Assembly (NCBI GenBank): GCA_023150835.1
Contig: JAKLKB010000051.1
Location: forward strand, 1-49,301
Direction: 5' to 3'
DNA: 49,301 nt
DNA from: Myxococcota bacterium
GTDB lineage: Bacteria; Myxococcota_C; UBA6777
The position numbers and the translations under genes are program-made. Shown one piece after another: positions 27,646-36,824 of the stretch. The notes beneath the pieces are model-generated. The model saw only the letters and a list, made by a program, of their open reading frames with translations, did no database searches and was not told the DNA's origin. Position 1 is the first letter of the stretch. Each line of letters begins with the position of its first letter.

Positions 27646-28215
27646 TTAAGGAAGTGACAGGCGGGGAGGAGCGAAGGGGCAAAAAGAGGCGGGTTGGTGA
27701 AAGTCGGGTTGCGCAGAAGGGGTAGGAAAAGCCGAAAGATAGCGGCGTTTGGGGGGAGCGTTGTGGATAGCATAAGCGTTCCATGTCCAAGGCTGTGGGG
27801 GAAAGTAGTTGTGTAAAACACGGGCGTGGCCGATCCATCGGCCATTTTGGATTTCAAGAGAATAATCGCAAGGGATCTGTTGGGTTTGTATCGTGCGGAT
27901 AGCGGAGAGTTGGAGCAGGAGATGGTGTCCGTGTGGGCCGAATTCCATTTCCAGATAAGGCCATCCTTCGGCGGTTTGTGGTCCTGCAACAAAGATCTCG
28001 ACGACTTCATGTTCCCATAGGCGGGGGGTGGGGCCGATCGGATGGGAAGGCGGAGGATCGTTGTAAAAAGGCGCATGCCAGACAAATTGGACTTGTGTGG
28101 GATCGTCCCACGCAAACACGGCGATGTGTTCGTGGGGCGGGAGTGGTTGGGCGTCCCATGTGGATTGGAGGCGGAGGGTGAGGGCGTCTTGGGGCGGATG
28201 GGGGATTGGTGACAT
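27646..28215 (-). CDS. UPF0462/C4orf33-like protein
   Basis: TWD, APFYNDPP, LWEHEVVEIF, YLEMEFGPHGHHLLLQL, NYFPP, NAYAIH, PDFH in the order recalled for animal C4orf33; AAGGAG RBS. Confidence 0.75.
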   Translation of the reverse strand: MSPIPHPPQDALTLRLQSTWDAQPLPPHEHIAVFAWDDPTQVQFVWHAPFYNDPPPSHPIGPTPRLWEHEVVEIFVAGPQTAEGWPYLEMEFGPHGHHLLLQLSAIRTIQTQQIPCDYSLEIQNGRWIGHARVLHNYFPPQPWTWNAYAIHNAPPKRRYLSAFPTPSAQPDFHQPASFCPFAPPRLSLP

Positions 28216-28502
28216 GAAATTCTCCTTGGGGATAAGGCCGATGTTGCGGTCTGTTTGAGCGTCGAAGCGTGTGAAAAAGGCGATAAGTCGAGCAACAAAG
28301 AGGTCGGATGTTTCGGTTTTGTTGTGGGTCACAAGTTCGAGGGGGATTTGCGTTGAGGTTCGGAAGTGATCGCTTTGCGGTTGTGCGTGTGAGGTGGTGT
28401 GTGTTAGAGGATGAGGTTGGGATCACGGCCTCGGCTTGGCAAGGTTGTATGCGTCGAGAGCGACGGGAACGGCAAAGACGGGCAGAGAAAGGAACAACAG
28501 AG

Positions 28503-29546
28503 ATGGCGTATCGTGTGGGTATGGTGTGGGATTCGGCGTTTTTGCAGCACGACGCAGGAGAAGGGCATCCAGAACGAGCAGAGCGTTTGGTGGCGATCCG
28601 CGAAGCGTTGATCGAAGAAGGGATGTGGGAGCGTTTTGTACAAGTCCCTACACGCGAAGCGACCCGTGAGGAGTTGTTGCGTTGCCATACCGCAGAGCAC
28701 ATCGATCAAGTGATGGCAGCGCGAGGCCGAAGCCATGTGAGTTTCGATCCCGACACGCACGCTTCTTTGGGTACGGTGCCAGCGGCGTTGCGTGCGGCGG
28801 GGGGCTCGATGGATCTTGCGCGTGCGGTGTGGCGTCGCGAAGTCGAACGCGGCATGGCGTTGGTGCGCCCGCCCGGGCATCATGCCGAACGCGACAAGGC
28901 GATGGGGTTTTGTTTTTTGGGTAACGTTGCTTTGGCTGCGCGTGCGTTGATGGCCGAAGAAGGCGCAACACGCGTGATGATCGTGGATTGGGATGTGCAT
29001 CACGGCAATGGAACGCAACACATCCTCGAAGACGATCCGCGTGTGTTGTTTGTGTCGTTGCACCAGTATCCGTTTTATCCGGGTACGGGAGCGCTCGAAG
29101 AAGTGGGCGTGGGGCGAGCCAAAGGACACACCGTCAATTTGCCTCTTCCGATGGGCATGAGCGATCACGACTATCGTCTGCTGTTTCAATCGTGGATCGT
29201 GCCGATCGCGGAGCAATTTGAGCCAGAGATGATCTTGATATCCGCAGGTTACGATGCGCATCGCCGCGATCCGTTGGCGATGATGCGCCTGAGTACGGGG
29301 GGATTTGCTTCGATGGCATACGATCTGTGTGCGGTGGCGGAGCGTCTGTGTGGGGGACGGATCGCGGCCTTTTTGGAGGGAGGATACGATCTCGAAGGCT
29401 TGTCTTCTTCGGTGGTTGCGACGCTGCGCGTGTTTTTAGGAGATGATGTCGATCTGTCGGGTGAGCCGCAGCTTGCGGGGGCGGCATCGCGTGCTGTGCT
29501 GGAGGCAAGCAAGGCCCTGTTGGCGGTGTACGGCTTCAAAGGCTAA
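28503..29546 (+). CDS. Histone deacetylase-family (class II/AcuC/AphA-like) Zn amidohydrolase
   Basis: HPERAERL, RPPGHHA, MGFC, DWDVHHGNGTQ, SLHQ, PGTG, SAGYDA, LEGGY. Confidence 0.95.
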   Translation: MAYRVGMVWDSAFLQHDAGEGHPERAERLVAIREALIEEGMWERFVQVPTREATREELLRCHTAEHIDQVMAARGRSHVSFDPDTHASLGTVPAALRAAGGSMDLARAVWRREVERGMALVRPPGHHAERDKAMGFCFLGNVALAARALMAEEGATRVMIVDWDVHHGNGTQHILEDDPRVLFVSLHQYPFYPGTGALEEVGVGRAKGHTVNLPLPMGMSDHDYRLLFQSWIVPIAEQFEPEMILISAGYDAHRRDPLAMMRLSTGGFASMAYDLCAVAERLCGGRIAAFLEGGYDLEGLSSSVVATLRVFLGDDVDLSGEPQLAGAASRAVLEASKALLAVYGFKG

Positions 29547-29608
29547 GCACCGAAGGTTGTTCTCCCGAAGTATCGGTAGTTTTGGAGCGGAGCAGGGAGA
29601 AGTGTTTC

Positions 29609-31576
29609 ATGTGGATGGATCGGCTCGGTTGGTTGGCGTTTGCGTTGCCGTTCGGCTTTTGGCTGTGGATGGCGGGCGCTTCTCCTGAAGGAGTGGATGC
29701 TCCGGGTGTGGTGGCTGCGACCTATTCGTTGCGCGAGACGCACCCGATGGGTGGGCCGTTGGCGTTGATGTTGGGGCATGGGTTTACGTTGTTGCCGCTG
29801 GGCTCTCTTTCGTTTCGGATGACGGCCGCTTCTGCTTTTTTTTTGGCGGTTGCTGCGTGGCTGTCTTTTCAAGCGGGTGTGCATTTGTTGGTGTTGTTGT
29901 TTGGATCCGAAGGGCGAGGAGTTTTGGGGCGGTGGATGGTGTTGTGTGGGGTGGTGGGGGGGATGGGTTCTGTGGCGGTTTGTATGCAGGCGAATCATCC
30001 GGGTTTTGTTGCGCTGTATGTGATGTTGTTGTGTGCGGCGTGGGAGCGCAGTCTGGCGTGGTGGCTGTTGCCTGAGCCGTTGCGCATCGCACGAGGGGGA
30101 GGGCTGGCCGTTGTTTTTTTTGGTTTGGCCTTGGCGATGTTTCCGTGGCTCTCGGTGGGGTATGCCTGTGGGGGAGTTCTGCTGTGCTGGGGCAGACGAA
30201 GTCGCTTGCGTTGGGGGGATGTGTGTGTGGGCATCGGCTTGTTGCTGGTGGGATTCAGTAGCTTTCTGTATCTGCCTGTGCGAACATCGCAAAATTGGGC
30301 TGCTGCGTTGCAGACACCGGCGCCTTTCGGGCCGAGAGCGCACAACAGCCCGTCCTTTTCGGTGCGAACAGAGCCGCTCGTTTCATCACAAGCCGCTTTT
30401 CAGGAGATATCTTTGGGTGAGACAAAGCGCAAAGAGAGGTCCCCGGAGGGTTGGGCTGTTTGGCAACGTGCGTGGCGGATGGGTGGATGGTTTTTTTCTC
30501 AAGCGGGCGGGTTGCTTTTTCTCTTGGGTTTTGTGGGATGGTGTGTGGCTTGGGCAAGAGGGCGGAGCGTTGGGGCGGCCTTGTGGGTGTGGTGCATGGT
30601 GGGGCTGTGGGCAGCGTGGATGACAGGAGCTTCTTTGGAAGAGGTATCTTCACGAGGTCTGTTCATCCCGTCGTTGTTGGTGTTGGGGTGGTTTGTGGCG
30701 ATCGCTTTGTTTTGGTTTGCGCAGCATTGGGGGCGTCGGTGGATGGCGGTGGCTGGGTGTGTTCTTTTGATATCGGGGTGGGGGCTACATCTTTTTCCTT
30801 GCTCGTCTTGCGAGCGGGGGATCGGGCGTGTCTTGTTTCCTGTGGCATCGGCCTCACAGAAAGGAGGCTGTTGTCGCCCACGAGACACACAGACGTCTTT
30901 GTTGTGGAGCGAACTCATGGAGGAGTTGCTTCCGCGAGATGCGCTGGTGCTCACCCGAGAAGCCCATCACACGGTCTTGTTGTTGTATCGGCAAGTGATC
31001 GAGCGGCAACGCCCGGATGTGACCTACATTCCGCGTGATCTGCGCAATACACCACACTTTGTTCGGGCGCGTCTTTTGCGAACGGCTCCGCCCTTGCGTC
31101 TGCTGCGACGGCTCCAAGAGCGAGACCCTTTGCGCCTGTTTGATGAACTGCGAGACATCGCAGAAGGGCGTCCCGTTTGTTTGGAGTGGTTTGAAGACCT
31201 GCCCGAATGGATCGCTCAAACAGCCTATCCAACGGGCTTGTTGTTCACATGGGATCCTGAGAATCCTGTACCCCGCGATGCTCGTGGACGTGCCGAAGAC
31301 GACGAGCGGATGGCCGAGCAACAGCGGCGCTTTTGGCAAGAAGCTTATGCCTTGTTGGGATCGGCGTGGGTATCCAACGCCTTGTTGCGAGAACGGTTGC
31401 AGTCGACACACCTCCTTCATGCCCAAGCTTACCTTCAAAGCGGGCGTTGGCGTGCTGCCAAACAAGAGATCGTGTATGCGTTGCGTTGGCAAGGCCATGA
31501 ACAAAAGCTTCGTGCTTTGCAAAAACGCTTGCAACCTCACCTTGATACCCTCGGACCGTTGCCGTCACGCAAGTGA
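29609..31576 (+). CDS. DUF2723/TMEM260-like multi-pass membrane protein (putative GT-C glycosyltransferase)
   Basis: GVDAPGVVAATYSLRETHPMGGPL..LGHGFTLLPLGSLSFR..SA, YLPVR, QVIERQRPDV; ~10 hydrophobic segments; helical C-terminus. Confidence 0.65.
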   Translation: MWMDRLGWLAFALPFGFWLWMAGASPEGVDAPGVVAATYSLRETHPMGGPLALMLGHGFTLLPLGSLSFRMTAASAFFLAVAAWLSFQAGVHLLVLLFGSEGRGVLGRWMVLCGVVGGMGSVAVCMQANHPGFVALYVMLLCAAWERSLAWWLLPEPLRIARGGGLAVVFFGLALAMFPWLSVGYACGGVLLCWGRRSRLRWGDVCVGIGLLLVGFSSFLYLPVRTSQNWAAALQTPAPFGPRAHNSPSFSVRTEPLVSSQAAFQEISLGETKRKERSPEGWAVWQRAWRMGGWFFSQAGGLLFLLGFVGWCVAWARGRSVGAALWVWCMVGLWAAWMTGASLEEVSSRGLFIPSLLVLGWFVAIALFWFAQHWGRRWMAVAGCVLLISGWGLHLFPCSSCERGIGRVLFPVASASQKGGCCRPRDTQTSLLWSELMEELLPRDALVLTREAHHTVLLLYRQVIERQRPDVTYIPRDLRNTPHFVRARLLRTAPPLRLLRRLQERDPLRLFDELRDIAEGRPVCLEWFEDLPEWIAQTAYPTGLLFTWDPENPVPRDARGRAEDDERMAEQQRRFWQEAYALLGSAWVSNALLRERLQSTHLLHAQAYLQSGRWRAAKQEIVYALRWQGHEQKLRALQKRLQPHLDTLGPLPSRK

Positions 31577-31696
31577 TCGGGCGAAACGAAGATTGACTTT
31601 TGCGGGATTCTTCGCTAGAATGCCGCCTCGCTGCCGCACGCATTGCGGCACCCAAAGATGTATTGTATCTGCGCGAAAGAGCGAAGGAGCAAAGGA

Positions 31697-32164
31697 ATGG
31701 CAACCGCAACCACAGCCTACAAGGCTGGAGACGAGGTTATGTCTTGGTGTACCAAGTGCAAGGAGATGCACCTCCATCACGTGAAGGCTGTGGGCGCCGA
31801 TGGAGTCCCTGCGCGTGTCATCTGCACTTGTTCAGAAAAACGAGAACGCAACTTTCGCCCTGATCCTCCAAAAGCCGCAGGTGAAAAACGCTCGTCCAGT
31901 TCGTCTTCCTCCGCTGCTGCGGCTCCCAAACGCGCCTCGAAAAAAGTCGTCGAATCTCCCCAAGTCCAGTGGCAAAAACTGATCGATGGAACCAACCGAG
32001 AAAAATCCCGCACCTACGAGATGAATGCGCAGTTTGCGCAAGGTGACCTGCTCGATCATAGCAAGTTCGGTCCCGGCGTCGTGACGGAGCTTTTGGACGC
32101 GCACAAGATGGTTGTCGTGTTTGAAGACAAAACACGCATCATGATCTTTAACAAGCACCATTAA
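31697..32164 (+). CDS. Conserved hypothetical protein: Zn-ribbon plus Tudor/SH3-like C-terminus
   Basis: CTKCK..H..RVICTC; Y..NAQFAQGDLLDHSKFGPGVV..MVVVFED. Confidence 0.8.
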   Translation: MATATTAYKAGDEVMSWCTKCKEMHLHHVKAVGADGVPARVICTCSEKRERNFRPDPPKAAGEKRSSSSSSSAAAAPKRASKKVVESPQVQWQKLIDGTNREKSRTYEMNAQFAQGDLLDHSKFGPGVVTELLDAHKMVVVFEDKTRIMIFNKHH

Positions 32165-32344
32165 TGGGCGCTTTTCTTCTCCTGCCCTTTTCTTCTTGCC
32201 GCTCAACATACGCCCACCACCTGCGTTTGAACCGAATCATCGGGCCATTTGGAGGGAGGGCAGATCTTCTCGCTTGTTTTTCCTTCCATGCCTGTTGGCT
32301 TGCTTGTTTTCTTCTCGCCATCGCGAACCAAAAGAGGCCTGATC

Positions 32345-33634
32345 ATGGACGTTTGCCGTGTGGTGTTGTGGGGACTTGTGTTTTGGATGGGTTTGATCGC
32401 ATGCGAGCGAACCCCCCGTGAGTCTTCGCTCACCCCCACCCCAACCCAAAGCCCCGTGTTGGCTTGGATCGGAAATCAACCCCTCTACGAAAAAGATTTT
32501 CTTGCGCGTTATCGAGCAGCGGGTTCGCCGATGGAGCCTGCTGCTTTTTTGCAAGCACTCCTCGACGAAGAGATATTGTGGCGAGAATCCGTCGAACGGG
32601 GACTTTTGACTTCACGACAAGTTCGCGAACAAACACAAAAGATGCAGATCTTGCAGTTGCTCAAATTAGGATTCGAGCAAGAGCACAACCCGCGTTCGAT
32701 CCCCGCAGGGCTTGTGCTTGACGTGTACAACGCACGCTTGCCTGAATTCGTGAAGCCTGTGTTGTTGCGGACAGTTCATCTGCTCGCTGAACGCCCCAAG
32801 CATCCATCGCATCAACGCAAACGTCGTGGGGTGCCGCTTCCTCCCATCCCACCCGCCGAACAAGCGATCCTTGAGGCCGAGTTTCATCGACGCACAGATA
32901 TCTTACGAAAGGTTCTTCTGTCGCTGCGGGCTGCGAAGGCCCGAACCAAGGCCGACTTTGAACGGGTGGTGCGGCCTTTTCTTCAAGAACACAACCGTCC
33001 TCATCCCTCGCTGATCCAAGTGGGGCAGACGCTACGGTCCGCTTTAGAACTCGATCCCAAGATGACAAGCGCAGCGATGTTGCCCTTGTTTCGGGAGTTG
33101 TTGCATCGAGTGCCTCAGGAGATTCTTTGTACTGCTTGCCCAGAAGCACGAAAACTTTTGGGCGGGTGGAAAGGAGAGAAGGGGCCGCAATTCTATCAGC
33201 CGATGTCGCCATCGACCCGCCGTTACCTTCTCCACTTTGCGCAACGCTTTCGGACGCGCCCCCAAACCGCCTTGCGCTACGAAGAGATCCCGCCTTTTCC
33301 TGAGCGCGAAACCAACGGCTTTTTCAACGTCGTACGGCCCTTTGCGAAGGCAGCCTACACCCTCAAGGACGGCGAGATCTCGGGCCTTGTCGAGACTTCT
33401 TTTGGGAACCACCTGATCTTGCGCCTTGGGAGTTCACCGCCAGAAACAAAGACCTACGCAGAAGTCGAGGGCTTGTTGCGCAAAGAGATCTACGAGCTAC
33501 AAAAGAAAGAGATGTTCCAACATTGGCTCAATCGGCTGCTGGCCAATCACCACGCCAAGATCTTTCCCAAACGCTTGGAGAAGATCGAAAGATTATCAAG
33601 TAAGGGATCTCCACCACAGTCCCGAAAGCCTTAG
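32345..33634 (+). CDS. PpiC/parvulin-type peptidyl-prolyl isomerase lipoprotein (SurA/PrsA-like)
   Basis: LIAC lipobox; VLAWIGNQPL; HLL; PFAKAAYTLKDGEISGLVETSFGNHLI; long insertion inside the parvulin domain. Confidence 0.8.
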   Translation: MDVCRVVLWGLVFWMGLIACERTPRESSLTPTPTQSPVLAWIGNQPLYEKDFLARYRAAGSPMEPAAFLQALLDEEILWRESVERGLLTSRQVREQTQKMQILQLLKLGFEQEHNPRSIPAGLVLDVYNARLPEFVKPVLLRTVHLLAERPKHPSHQRKRRGVPLPPIPPAEQAILEAEFHRRTDILRKVLLSLRAAKARTKADFERVVRPFLQEHNRPHPSLIQVGQTLRSALELDPKMTSAAMLPLFRELLHRVPQEILCTACPEARKLLGGWKGEKGPQFYQPMSPSTRRYLLHFAQRFRTRPQTALRYEEIPPFPERETNGFFNVVRPFAKAAYTLKDGEISGLVETSFGNHLILRLGSSPPETKTYAEVEGLLRKEIYELQKKEMFQHWLNRLLANHHAKIFPKRLEKIERLSSKGSPPQSRKP

Positions 33635-33653
33635 AGAAAGAAAGATATCTTTG

Positions 33654-34508
33654 ATGCGAGCCGTACCTTTTGATGCCGTCGTCGAGGCAGCCAAAGAGCT
33701 ATTTTTGGAGACGCACTTTCATCTGCGCGAGGATATCCGCCTCGCTCTTGAACGGGCGTGGGAACGCGAAGAAGAACCTGCTCGGACATACATCGGCCTG
33801 TTGTTGGAAAACGCCATCCTCGCAAGTAAGGGCGAAGTCCCTTTGTGCCGAGATACAGGTGTTCCGATCTGGTTTGTGGAGATGGGGAGCGAGTTGGGGA
33901 TGGAGGATGGCTTGTTGCCTCAGGCTGTGGAAGAAGGAGTCAAGCAAGCCTTTCTGCAATATCCGAGTTTTTCGCCGATCCTCCAAGATCCTTTGGATGT
34001 CAAGAGTCTAATCACGGACAGGATCCCTGCGAGTGTCCATTTGCGGATCGTCGAAGGCTCCGAGTTGCGGATGATCTGTATGCGTGCCTCTGCCTTAAGC
34101 GAGTTGAGCAGCCGTTTGGGCGTGCTGGAGGCGGGGTTTGCAGAACGCGAGTTGGTGGAATTTGTGAGACAAGCCGTCTTGCAAGCGGGGCCTTGGTGCA
34201 ATCCGCCTGTGTTGGTGGGAGTGGGCATCGGTGCTTCTTTGGACGACGTGGCTCGCTTGGCACGCGGAGGACTCTTGCGTCCTGTTGGAAAGCCTCATAC
34301 GCGCCTAGAATACGCACGATTGGAACAAGAGATGTTGAATGCCGTCAATGCTCTCAAGATGGGACCGGGCGGGGTGGGCGGCGAGACCACCGCGCTTGCT
34401 GTCCATATCGAAACAGCCCCTTGCCATCGAGCGGCGATCCCTGTTGCTGTCTGTATCTTGGGGCATAGCGTTCGTGTCGCCGAAGTAATCTTGACGCCCG
34501 ATGGTTGA
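33654..34508 (+). CDS. Fe-S hydro-lyase (fumarate hydratase/tartrate dehydratase) alpha subunit, divergent
   Basis: LLENA, PLCRDTG, CNPPVLVGVGIG, MGPGGVGGETTALAVHI, PCHRAAIPVAV. Confidence 0.85.
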   Translation: MRAVPFDAVVEAAKELFLETHFHLREDIRLALERAWEREEEPARTYIGLLLENAILASKGEVPLCRDTGVPIWFVEMGSELGMEDGLLPQAVEEGVKQAFLQYPSFSPILQDPLDVKSLITDRIPASVHLRIVEGSELRMICMRASALSELSSRLGVLEAGFAERELVEFVRQAVLQAGPWCNPPVLVGVGIGASLDDVARLARGGLLRPVGKPHTRLEYARLEQEMLNAVNALKMGPGGVGGETTALAVHIETAPCHRAAIPVAVCILGHSVRVAEVILTPDG

Positions 34509-34567
34509 GGGTCTTGAGGGGGCGTGGCTTCTTTGGGGGAGTTTCGGTGGGTAGGGCATCAAAGCGT

Positions 34568-35236
34568 TTACGCGACGGCGCGGGTGCTATCGAGGTTGGG
34601 TTGCCAAGCGGAGAGGATCTGTTGTTCGTCGAGGATGCCTTGGCGAGTGATGCGAGGGGGTGTGCGCGTGACGTCGACAACGGTGGACGAACCTTCTCCT
34701 GAAAGATCGCCTGCGCTGATCAAGATATCGATCCATTGCCCGAAGTTTTTGCGGACTTGGGCTTCGGAGGTTTCACCGCGTTTGCGGGCGAGGTTGGCGC
34801 TGGAGATCAACAGAGGCGCATCGAAGGCTTCGACGATGCGGCGAGAGAGCGGGTGTTCGGGGACACGGACACCGATAACACCGTTGTTTTGGAGGTTTTT
34901 GACGATCTTCTTTGGGATGTGATCTCCCATCTCAAACAGCAACGTCAGGGGGCCGGGCCAAAAACGCTCGATCAAGGAGCGGGCTTCGGGTGAAACTTGT
35001 CGTGTGATCAGCTTGAGTTTTTGCGCGTTGGGGATCATCACAAGCGACGGGGCTTTGTTGGTGCGTCGTTTGATTTGTAGAACGTTGATCACGGCTTCTT
35101 CGGAAAGAAACGGTGTAGCGAGGCGGTAGGTGCTGTGGGTTGGAAAACAGACGGTGCCGTTTTTGCGCAGGGCGTCTGCGATCTCGTCGTAGAGATGGGG
35201 GGATTGTTGGAGTTCGGCGACGGAGATGATACGCAT
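34568..35236 (-). CDS. Sua5/YrdC/YciO-family (L-threonylcarbamoyl-AMP synthase-like) protein
   Basis: FPT..TY, IKRR, FWPGPLTL, IGVRVP, SSAN, SSTVVD, RQG. Confidence 0.88.
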   Translation of the reverse strand: MRIISVAELQQSPHLYDEIADALRKNGTVCFPTHSTYRLATPFLSEEAVINVLQIKRRTNKAPSLVMIPNAQKLKLITRQVSPEARSLIERFWPGPLTLLFEMGDHIPKKIVKNLQNNGVIGVRVPEHPLSRRIVEAFDAPLLISSANLARKRGETSEAQVRKNFGQWIDILISAGDLSGEGSSTVVDVTRTPPRITRQGILDEQQILSAWQPNLDSTRAVA

Positions 35237-35540
35237 TCGAGCCTCCTTTGTGATGAAGGGGAGAGAAGATCGGCGCAGCGGGTGCGCCTTGTGGGCATCG
35301 TGTTGATTTGCCGCGAAGTATCGGGGGAAAACACAGAGAAACAAGAAAGAGGGAAAACAAAGAGGGGAGAGAAAGACAAGGCTTGTTCGATGGGGGATCG
35401 AAAAAAAGGGGATGCAAGGGAGGAAAAACAGACAACCATCAGCACCTCACAAAAGCGATTCGTTCTTCAGCGTAACCGCCTTGGGAGAGTGCGTCAAGGA
35501 TTCTTTTTTTTGCGCGTCACACAAACGACACAAAGAGGAG

Positions 35541-36824
35541 TTAAGCACGTTTTTTTTCTTGCGTCTCGAATTGGACAGGAGACAAGCCCAAGAGGATACG
35601 GCGGGCCATATTGAGCGCAGTATAGGCCGTGATCATTTGAACGCGGTGGCGTTGGCCGGGAAAGAAAAAGCGCCGATGCCATGTCTGATCCACTGTGGCA
35701 GCCGCGATATCAACCGTCCCTACGGGCTTTTCGAGCGTTCCACCTTCTGGACCTGCGATCCCCGTCACCGCCACCGCGATATCGGCCCCGCTGATCCGCA
35801 ACGCACCTTCGGCCATCGCACGCGCCACGACTTCGCTGACGGCTCCGTGTTCTTGCAACAGCGTTTCAGGAACCCCGAGGATGCGGCTCTTTGAGGCGTT
35901 GCTGTAGGTGACGGCTGAACAGAGAAAATAATCCGAGGAACCCGCCAAAGCCGTGATCTGTCGGGCGATTAAGCCTCCTGTGCAGGACTCGGCGAGAGCG
36001 AGCGTCTTGTTTTGTTGTCGAAAGAGTTGGGCGAGCAGCTCCACAAAGTTGTCTTCGTCGTAGCCAAAGATGTATGGTGCAAGGCGAGATTGGACGTGTT
36101 GTGTGTAGGCAGATCCGATCTGTTCGGCGGCTTGGGCATCGTGGAGATCGGTTTGGAGGCGGATATGGATCTCGGGGAGCGCCGCACGATAGCCGATCTC
36201 CAAGCCCTCGGGCAGCGGGTAAAGATCAGCCAACAAGTCGGCGGCTTTGGATTCTCCGAGGCCAAAACACTTGATCTCGCGGACGAAAGGCTTGGTGTGG
36301 GTGGGGCCTGCTTGTTCGACCAAGCAAGGGATCACGCTGTCCTCAAGCATCGCCTTCATCTCGCTTGGGACGCCCGGCATCGCAAAGAAGCGACACCGAC
36401 CGATCGTGATGTCCACTCCGGGGGCTGTTCCGTTGGGGTTGGGAAGCGAGCGCGCTCCTTCAGGGAGATCCGCTTGTTTGAGGTTGCTCTCTCCAAGCGG
36501 GCGCTTGAGAGCCTCAAAATAAACCCGCAGCGTTTCTACCAGCGCAGGCTCTCGACGTGTCGGAACTTGCGCTAGATCCGCCAAGATAGCGACCGTTCGA
36601 TCGTCGTCTGTGGGGCCGAGTCCACCCGTGACGATGGCGATATCCGAACGCGCTTGGACTTCGGCAAACACTTGTTTGAGGCGTTGGGGATCGTCGCCTA
36701 CAGTCGTGGAGCGTAAGACCCGAAAGCCCCGTCGCAACAAGCGTCCAGCGATCTCACTTTCGTTGCTGTTGACGACGCGACCATCAAGGAGTTCTTCGCC
36801 CGTCATGATCAATTCGATGTGCAT
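35541..36824 (-). CDS. cinA: Competence/damage-inducible protein CinA (MoCF-like + PncC NMN deamidase)
   Basis: GEELLDG..NSN, TGGLGPTDDDRT, NGTAPG, PGVPSEM, AESCTGG, GSSDYF, YSNASK, GAVS, TGIAGP, KPVGTV. Confidence 0.95.
   Translation of the reverse strand: MHIELIMTGEELLDGRVVNSNESEIAGRLLRRGFRVLRSTTVGDDPQRLKQVFAEVQARSDIAIVTGGLGPTDDDRTVAILADLAQVPTRREPALVETLRVYFEALKRPLGESNLKQADLPEGARSLPNPNGTAPGVDITIGRCRFFAMPGVPSEMKAMLEDSVIPCLVEQAGPTHTKPFVREIKCFGLGESKAADLLADLYPLPEGLEIGYRAALPEIHIRLQTDLHDAQAAEQIGSAYTQHVQSRLAPYIFGYDEDNFVELLAQLFRQQNKTLALAESCTGGLIARQITALAGSSDYFLCSAVTYSNASKSRILGVPETLLQEHGAVSEVVARAMAEGALRISGADIAVAVTGIAGPEGGTLEKPVGTVDIAAATVDQTWHRRFFFPGQRHRVQMITAYTALNMARRILLGLSPVQFETQEKKRA

Noticed and set aside
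32166-32195. Intrinsic terminator after the Zn-ribbon gene
   Set aside because: Only a 5-bp stem with a 12-nt loop; too weak to call
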